DNA of 63,401 bases, filler included, from Octopus bimaculoides (lineage: Eukaryota), in assembly GCF_001194135.2 (NCBI RefSeq). It is 4 parts of 4 records of this genome, joined end to end, with 100 filler letters (N's around TTAATTAATTAA, not from the genome) between each part and the next. Parts side by side here need not be neighbours in the genome. Positions count along the whole stretch, not along the records: positions 46,761 to 62,205 come from NC_069004.1; positions 62,306 to 63,401 come from NW_026414814.1; 2 more parts are not named here. The stretch is one strand, 5' to 3'. Within the stretch, counting starts at the first letter, position 1. The number at the start of each line of letters is the position of its first letter. Positions 55,289-63,401 of this stretch are shown here, one piece after another. A program made the position numbers and the translations under genes. The notes beneath the pieces are model-generated. The model saw only the letters and a program-made list of their open reading frames with translations, did not search any database and was not told the DNA's origin.

Positions 55289-56025
55289 AATATTTTATGC
55301 TTTTGGTTCTGACATAAACTTGATTATCACCAAGTGTTCATAACATAGATTCATTGCGTAAGGAGACCCTAGGACAACTGGTGTTTCGAGATGGTTATGC
55401 CTCGTCGGCCTAAGAACTGCAGGTTAATGAATCAAACAAGAATGGCTCTTGTTTATAGAATTTAACCAACAAATCACTTGCTAATGCGTATTGATATCCG
55501 CCATCCAATAATAAATCTTGATATGCATGCGTGGACGATTTATTATCGATAAGAAATAGAAGATATCATTTTAAGAAGGTAATTAAATAATGTTTTAATA
55601 TTCTGGATCGATAATTTGAAGCGACAAATCAGTTTTTGTTATGCTGTTCAATCAACGTTTTAACGCTATTAATTGACAACTTATTTTAAGTACGAATCGA
55701 TATTTGTAATTTTAGAAATCGATATTTTTAATAATAAATATTTTAATGTTTAACATTTGAATATTAAAAAATATTATATTAACTCAATTATTAAGTATTT
55801 TCACGTTAAAAAATTATAATTTAAAGTTATTTGATAATATTTTGATACTAGAAAACATTGGTTTAATGTTTCATTGTTAGTCATCTCCATCTTTTTCTTC
55901 GGAGGAGAAAAGAAACGAATCGGGTAAAGAGTGATTGCAAGAAAGAGAAGAAATGAGTATGAGATAGAAAGAGAGAGAGAGAGAGAGAGAGGAAGAGAGA
56001 GAGAGAGAGAGAGAGNNNNNNNNNN

Positions 56026-56058
<33 letters not shown>

Positions 56059-59000
56059 GAGAGAGAGAGAGAGAGCAACAAGTTATAAAGAGGAAGGAAT
56101 ATGGGACGGAGTGAGAATGAGGGTAGGGAGAGGAACATAAATCGAAACAAAGAAGTTGAAAGCAAAATATAGGGCATTGTGTGTGTTGTTGGTTAAGAAG
56201 CTCGCTTTGCAACCACGTAGTTTCGGGTTCATTTCCCCTGCGCGGCATCCAATGGACAGGTGTCTTCAGGCTGACTAATGCGTGTGAATGAATTTGATAG
56301 AAGTAAATCGTGTGGAGGCCCGATCGATATATATATATATATAAACGCCGGTGTTAAAACGGGGGTAGCTGATGAAGGAAAATGTTCTCTATGTGGCTTG
56401 TGTGTTTTCTGTACTCTGGTTATTATTATTTTCTTGTCTACGTTTTGTTTGCAATGTCCTGTACCCAGATATGCACCTATATATACAGGTAGACGTAGGT
56501 ATACACATACCTGTACGTATATATGCATATACTCATTTATTATTTGTTTTATATATATATATATATATATATNNNNNNNNNNNNNNNNNNNNNNNNNNNN
56601 NNNNNNNNNNNNNNNNNNNNNNNNNNNNNNNNNNNNNNNNNNNNNNNNNNNNNNNNNNNNNNNNNNNNNNNNNNNNNNNNNNNNNNNNNNNNNNNNNNNN
56701 NNNNNNNNNNNNNNNNNNNNNNNNNNNNNNNNNNNNNNNNNNNNNNNNNNNNNNNNNNNNNNNNNNNNNNNNNNNNNNNNNNNNNNNNNNNNNNNNNNNN
56801 NNNNNNNNNNNNNNNNNNNNNNNNNNNNNNNNNNNNNNNNNNNNNNNNNNNNNNNNNNNNNNNNNNNNNNNNNNNNNNNNNNNNNNNNNNNNNNNNNNNN
56901 NNNNNNNNNNNNNNNNNNNNNNNNNNNNNNNNNNNNNNNNNNNNNNNNNNNNNNNNNNNNNNNNNNNNNNNNNNNNNNNNNNNNNNNNNNNNNNNNNNNN
57001 NNNNNNNNNNNNNNNNNNNNNNNNNNNNNNNNNNNNNNNNNNNNNNNNNNNNNNNNNNNNNNNNNNNNNNNNNNNNNNNNNNNNNNNNNNNNNNNNNNNN
57101 NNNNNNNNNNNNNNNNNNNNNNNNNNNNNNNNNNNNNNNNNNNNNNNNNNNNNNNNNNNNNNNNNNNNNNNNNNNNNNNNNNNTGATATTTTTTTATACA
57201 AATAACTGGTGTTTATTTTAAGGGTTCTTCAAGTTAACCCCGGCACGATTTCAGACTTGAACGTGAAACTTCGCAACTAAATATCACAAAATATTTTGTC
57301 CAGTTTTCTGCCGATTTTGCCGATGCAATGATAATCTTGTCTGACTTAAAGTTCGTTAGTTTCTTTTTGAATGTCTTGCCTTTGTGTCATCTCTGTATAA
57401 TATAAATTACCCTCCCCTCTCTCTCTCTCTCTCTCTCTCTCGCTCTTTTTACTCTTCATTTGTTCCTCTCTTTGCCTTTCTTTCTTTTCCTTCTTCTCCT
57501 CCCCCTCCTCACTCTTGTTTAACGCGCCAGGTCATTAAATATTCGGGAGTCGAAGGAAGGAGATCTAGCGAAGATAACATTGTTATGGATGGAGGCTATC
57601 TATAAATGTAACAGTAGCTGTGGTTGATTTACGAACCCTATCTACCTTTATCGCCACCCCTGCCACCCCCTCGCATTTCACAAACTTTGTTCTCTCTTCT
57701 ACGATCATCATCGTGATCCTCATCACAATCTAATCATCATCGTCGTCGTCGTTGTCACCACCATCACCCCCCCACCCCCATCATCCTTATCTTCGCCATA
57801 TGGACTCCGAAGGGTTCCATATAAGATTTTGCTAAGATTCATCTGCGATAAACTGGTTGTACCTCTACAAAATATTTTAATTTTCTTAAATACAATTCCT
57901 ATAATATTTAATTATACAAATATAATAATAGTTTTTTTTAAGCATTGAATGACTATGAGAATCCACCCATGTAAAATAGGAATTAAAGGGGTCCATTGGC
58001 AAAAAATGGTTGAGTACTAATGATTTACATGTAACCTGTTTAACAAAGTTGTTTTTATAAAGTTAGTCGGGCAAGGAAAGCGACTATAATTTTCTTAGGG
58101 CTCAAAATATTGAACGTGACACCAACATGAAGTTATTCATATTCTCGGCGCCCGAATCTTTCGAGCCTCAAAAGTCATTGATGGGTTTCAAGTTTTGATA
58201 ACTTCCTTAACTTTACAAAGAAATACTTGAAATGTTAATGCAATGTAAAGGACATAATGGAAATTAATATGCAGAAGTCAACTTCTGCAACACCACAACA
58301 TCGCATATGAAAAATGACATCGTAAATGCTCATGCCGCAAGAGAAACAATACAGTTGCTACGGTAAGTGCTTTGGAGAGAGAATAATCACCAGATACGCA
58401 ATGTCAACTGGTTTTCACGTTCCCCAGACTTGAATAGTCCGGATTTTCCTTGTGAAGATACCTGAAAGAGGGGGGGGATTACATCAATGACTTTTGGGAC
58501 ACTCTGTAGATAGGCGCAGTCGTGGCCGTGTGGTAAGGAGTTTGCTTCAAAACCACATGGTTTCAGGTTCAGTCTCGCTGCATGGCAGTGAGAACTGCTC
58601 ATATCCCACGTAAAATACTGTTTATGTAATCCCAAATTTTAAAACAAGCTTATAAATTTTTTTAATGTTTTCTTAAACGTTCTCTACAACAATACTTTGT
58701 ACAAAACCAAATATATGGCACCCTCGTCGTAAGACAAACTTGTACAAATACAAAGCATAAGTCAAACATGTAATAATAATAATAATAATAATAATAACAA
58801 CAACAAAAACAACAATAACAATAATGATAATAAAATTTAGAACTTGATATTGAAAATAATGAAGTTTATGAAAACCAGAAACATACATATAAAGAGATTT
58901 CACACACACTCACACCAAATCGCACATACATACTGACTGACATGTGCACACGATATGTCGATTAACAAAATTTTACACACTACATTGAATATACACAAAA

Positions 59001-59510
59001 CTACATACACACATTCACCTACACACACACACACACACATTATTTCTCTTTCTTTCTTTCTCTCTCTCTCTCTCTCTCTCTCACACCCATACATACCTAC
59101 ATTATTCGAAATTTCTTAAAACTATTTCATTCCTAGAAAGTGTACCTGTAGTTCAACAAAGTAAAAAATATCCGTTTGTAATTGGTGTAATATATATCCG
59201 ATGAGAATAATTCAGTATGATTGTAGTTTAATGCATTTTTGAAATATTTTTGACTGTGGAACTTCAAAAGCAATTCCTGGTCGAGAAAATCTTATGTTCT
59301 GAAACCTTAAATCTATGGTTTATGCAACGGCAGCCAGGATAACTTTACAGTTACTTTGCAACTGTGTATCCAAAAATTAAGTTCTAAATTATAACACAAC
59401 ACACATACATATATGTATGTATATATTATGTATGTATGTACGTATGTATGTACGTATGTATGTACGTATGCATGTATGTACGTATACATGTATGTACGTA
59501 TGCATGAATG

Positions 59511-59544
<34 letters not shown>

Positions 59545-59801
59545 TAGATAGATATCTCATTGGAATATAAAATTGACCGTAAATTTTGATTTAAAGTGAA
59601 AGCTTTCTTGTAATTGTGTGTGAATATGTGTGTGCGTGCACGCGTATGTGTGTATGCCTTTATGTGTACGTGTGCGTGCGTGCGTATATATATGTGTGAG
59701 TGTCTGTACGTGTATGTGTAAGAGCGTGTGCATGTGATGTGTGTGCATGTGTGTGTAAGCGTGAGAATGATGCGGCGAGTGGTGAGAGTGAAACAAAAGG
59801 A

Positions 59802-60794
59802 TCAAGCTTCAACACATTCGCAGCAAAGTGTCACTGAACGTTCCTTGAAAACCCAGAGATGTTCATAGTGTGAGTTCGACTGATCACTGACTGGAACTGG
59901 CACACAAGAGTTTGATTTCCGCACCAAAACCTTAACTCGAGATGATTTCGCTTGGCATCGGTAATGATCGAACCAGCAGCGTTTGCTCAAACAACGAACA
60001 CTTCGAATGTACTGCGGGAAATAGTTGTTCCCCAGGTCACGCCACGTATGACGACTTGTACATTGCCAAGGTAATCTTCTCTGTTCATTGCTTTTCCTTC
60101 GCTTTGCTCGGCTTTCTGGCGATTTTCTAAGACGATCTGTAAATCTTTTGACGATATCAGGGTTTGTCGTTTTCTTTGTCCTTCGCTGTTGCAGTATTTC
60201 CAATGACCTTACAGCCCCATCATCATCCTTTTCATTACTATCATCGTGGTTGTAGCTGAGGTAGTCGCCGCCGTCGTTGTCCTCATTATCATCATGATCA
60301 TTTTTACTATAAATTTCCAAAGGTTCGTTCGCCAACTCAGCAAAAACCTGTCGTTGATCTGGATGATCTGTCCGAATGCCACTCGTGTTCTTAGCAGTCT
60401 TATTTGACGTGTCAACGGGTGGCTTCACCGACATGTAGCTTAGGTTTAAGGTGGTTCCGAGCCTTGAAAGAAGTGCTGCTACAGAAACAGGTTGGCAGGT
60501 ATACTTCACAAAAGAAAACCTATTCTCAAAGTTAGGTAAGTCAGTAAAATCCGGTTTCCTCTCGCCCTTCATCACATCAAATGTACCCGAGACATGGCTA
60601 CCATTCATTAAGAGGGGTTTGAAACCGAATTCCTGTTTAAAATTACTTCCTCGATCGTTAGGGTTTTTCAATGACATTTTCTTAAAATCCAATGTAGAAA
60701 AACATGTGAACAGCAAGACAGAAATATACACCCAGCGTGTATTAAGCAGGGACATATCGTTAAATTTGTAGGCAGTATCCTTCATTTTTACCAT
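59802..60794 (-). CDS. trk: Trunk-like secreted cystine-knot growth factor (Trunk/PTTH family, noggin-related); single coding exon, 330 aa from the first ATG or 317 aa from the ATG at 60755
   Basis: Uninterrupted non-repetitive ORF. Hydrophobic signal-peptide-like start ([21 protein letters not shown]). N-terminal motif [23 protein letters not shown] resembles the Trunk/noggin C..LG..FN.RYMS motif. Basic cleavage site RAKRR at 60096-60110. C-terminal domain with 8 Cys, PWQC....W.DLG.NYFP.YIRSV.C....CW..HY.C..KS..VKVL.RK..SC...[15 protein letters not shown], matches the Trunk consensus as I recall it. Four N-glycosylation sequons (NGS, NLS, NKT, NTS). The upstream part of the listed 613-aa ORF is microsatellite and N-gap read-through. 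Confidence 0.92.
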   Translation of the reverse strand: MVKMKDTAYKFNDMSLLNTRWVYISVLLFTCFSTLDFKKMSLKNPNDRGSNFKQEFGFKPLLMNGSHVSGTFDVMKGERKPDFTDLPNFENRFSFVKYTCQPVSVAALLSRLGTTLNLSYMSVKPPVDTSNKTAKNTSGIRTDHPDQRQVFAELANEPLEIYSKNDHDDNEDNDGGDYLSYNHDDSNEKDDDGAVRSLEILQQRRTKKTTNPDIVKRFTDRLRKSPESRAKRRKSNEQRRLPWQCTSRHTWRDLGNNYFPQYIRSVRCLSKRCWFDHYRCQAKSSRVKVLVRKSNSCVPVPVSDQSNSHYEHLWVFKERSVTLCCECVEA

Positions 60795-60867
60795 ACATGC
60801 ATTCACACACACGTACACACACACAACTCTCCCATATATGTATATATATATATACACACACTCACAC

Positions 60868-60902
<35 letters not shown>

Positions 60903-60940
60903 TGTATATATGTACGTATGCATGTATCTATATGTCCGTG

Positions 60941-60987
<47 letters not shown>

Positions 60988-61002
60988 GTGTATATATATA
61001 TA

Positions 61003-61055
<53 letters not shown>

Positions 61056-61857
61056 NNNNNNNNNNNNNNNNNNNNNNNNNNNNNNNNNNNNNNNNNNNNN
61101 NNNNNNNNNNNNNNNNNNNNNNNNNNNNNNNNNNNNNNNNNNNNNNNNNNNNNNNNNNNNNNNNNNNNNNNNNNNNNNNNNNNNNNNNNNNNNNNNNNNN
61201 NNNNNNNNNNNNNNNNNNNNNNNNNNNNNNNNNNNNNNNNNNNNNNNNNNNNNNNNNNNNNNNNNNNNNNNNNNNNNNNNNNNNNNNNNNNNNNNNNNNN
61301 NNNNNNNNNNNNNNNNNNNNNNNNNNNNNNNNNNNNNNNNNNNNNNNNNNNNNNNNNNNNNNNNNNNNNNNNNNNNNNNNNNNNNNNNNNNNNNNNNNNN
61401 NNNNNNNNNNNNNNNNNNNNNNNNNNNNNNNNNNNNNNNNNNNNNNNNNNNNNNNNNNNNNNNNNNNNNNNNNNNNNNNNNNNNNNNNNNNNNNNNNNNN
61501 NNNNNNNNNNNNNNNNNNNNNNNNNNNNNNNNNNNNNNNNNNNNNNCGCACTGACATACCAACATACGCAAATGGACCCGCATAAAAAAAATTTCCCAGT
61601 CTATTTCCATAGGCGCGCATACGAGCGTGTATCTCTCTATCAATCTACCTCTCTCTCTCTCTTTTCGTCTTCCTCTTTCTCTCTCTCTCCCTTGCTCCGT
61701 CTATTTCTTTATATATGTATATATATATATATATATATATACATACACATATATATATAAATATACACACACACACTCACACACACACACACACATCCAT
61801 ACAGACATACTTACACACACACATATATGTATGCATACATATATATANNNNNNNNNN

Positions 61858-61897
<40 letters not shown>

Positions 61898-62154
61898 AGA
61901 GAGAGTGTTGTATGTAATTGTGTGTGTATCTATATATATAGCTACATAGATGTATACATATATGCACATATATATATATATATATACAAGCACACATATA
62001 TATGGATGTATTAAATATATGAATATAAATATTAATATATTTAAAGTTATGTCTATATATAGTTATATATATGTATGTACATAAATATATACATATATAT
62101 ATATACATACATACATATAATTATATATATATGTACATGTACATATACAAATAA

Positions 62155-62205
<51 letters not shown>

Positions 62206-62742
62206 NNNNNNNNNNNNNNNNNNNNNNNNNNNNNNNNNNNNNNNNNNNNTTAATTAATTAANNNNNNNNNNNNNNNNNNNNNNNNNNNNNNNNNNNNNNN
62301 NNNNNAGGCGGTGCTCCAGCATGGCCGCAGTCAAATGACTGAAACAAGTAGAAAAATAAAATGTCACTAAGTATCTTGTTTGGCTCAATAATAGTTCTGC
62401 CTTTGTAATAATAATCTTAGCCCTTTCTACTATTGGCACAAGGCCTGAAACTTTAGGGGACGGGGTGTTCAACTGGTACTTATTTCATCGAGCCCAAAAG
62501 AGTGAAAGTAAAGTAAACTCTGGTGGCATTTGAACTCAGAACACAATGACGATCCTGTGAGCTCACCGCCTTCATGATAATAATAATAATAATAAGGCTA
62601 GCAATTTTTGTTGGCCTCTTTTGCTGAACTGCTATGCTACAGGAATGTAAACAAACCAACACTGGTTGTCAAGTAGTGGCGGGGGACAAACACAACACAT
62701 ACACATATATTTACATACATATATACATACATACACTTGCAT

Positions 62743-62790
<48 letters not shown>

Positions 62791-63254
62791 ATAAGATAAC
62801 TTAGCTATGTGGATTCTTAAGAATCAAGGCATATCAAAGTGTAGGAAGCCATAAATGGCTAGGTACAAGCCCACAAATAGCACAGTGAAATAAACAGCAT
62901 TGTAGACTTCAAGTTTTGGCAGGATACTGTGGATACACAAGTAACAAATCAAATTTATAATCACAGATCTGTCCTAAATTTTATTTTAGAATTTATGGGA
63001 GCAACTGTGTTTGAAGACATATTGTCATTGAATGCTTGAAATGAGAAGTAGATAGACAGCCGGCAAATGATGAAGGGTCCTTTCTCTATGTTTACTTGTC
63101 CTGTTTTCCATTTTTTTCTCATTGTTTACATATTTCACTCCATTTTCCCTTGTTTGTTTACGTATTTCATCTTATTTGCACCGTTTGTGATGTCCTGTAC
63201 CCATATATGCATATATATATATATATATATATTATTTGTTATTTATTATATCTA

Positions 63255-63401
63255 AATTTTGACCTCAAAGACACACCTAGTTCTGGCTGTCCAGTCGAGT
63301 TCAATGAAGAGCGATTAAACCAACTTTTGCACGAAAATTCTTGTCGAACAGCAAGGGAACTGGCAAAGAAAATGGAATGCTCCCACACTGCTATAGAGAA
63401 G
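63255..63401 (+). mobile_element. Mariner transposase fragment (N-terminal HTH region), running off the window end
   Basis: NFDLKDTPSSGCPVEFNEERLNQLLHENSCRTARELAKKMECSHTAIEK resembles mariner D.PRSGRP.......L......P..T.RELA...... Confidence 0.8.

Noticed and set aside
59802-61643. 613-aa ORF as a single long protein
   Set aside because: The first roughly 280 codons run through N gaps and (TA)/(TG) microsatellites. Only 59802-60794 is protein-like.

Overview
AT-rich, microsatellite-saturated eukaryotic scaffold with many N gaps. Its repeat families and composition point to an octopus genome (inference from recalled repeat types, not a search). Almost every ORF in the supplied track is a simple-repeat or N-run artefact. 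There are two real coding signals. (1) An intact single-exon minus-strand gene at 59802-60794 encodes a secreted Trunk/PTTH-family (noggin-related) cystine-knot ligand. (2) Two short plus-strand exons missed by the ORF track (12977-13094 and 17130-17167) splice in frame to give a C1 (phorbol-ester/DAG-type) zinc finger, possibly the N-terminus of a tensin-like gene. The rest is mostly transposon-derived: four SINE-like families (some with clear target-site duplications), Tc1 and mariner remnants, MITEs, RTE and R2/R4-type LINE fragments, and two Penelope-like (PLE) remnants. The least expected signal is a set of minimal type I hammerhead-ribozyme motifs, most with palindromic stem III, including two back-to-back copies in a 207-bp fold-back. 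All of them carry core mutations and look decayed. By eye there is also a CpG-depleted versus CpG-retaining domain boundary near 28-29 kb. No CRISPR, rRNA or true tRNA was found. Repeat boundaries are approximate unless a TSD or TIR is given.
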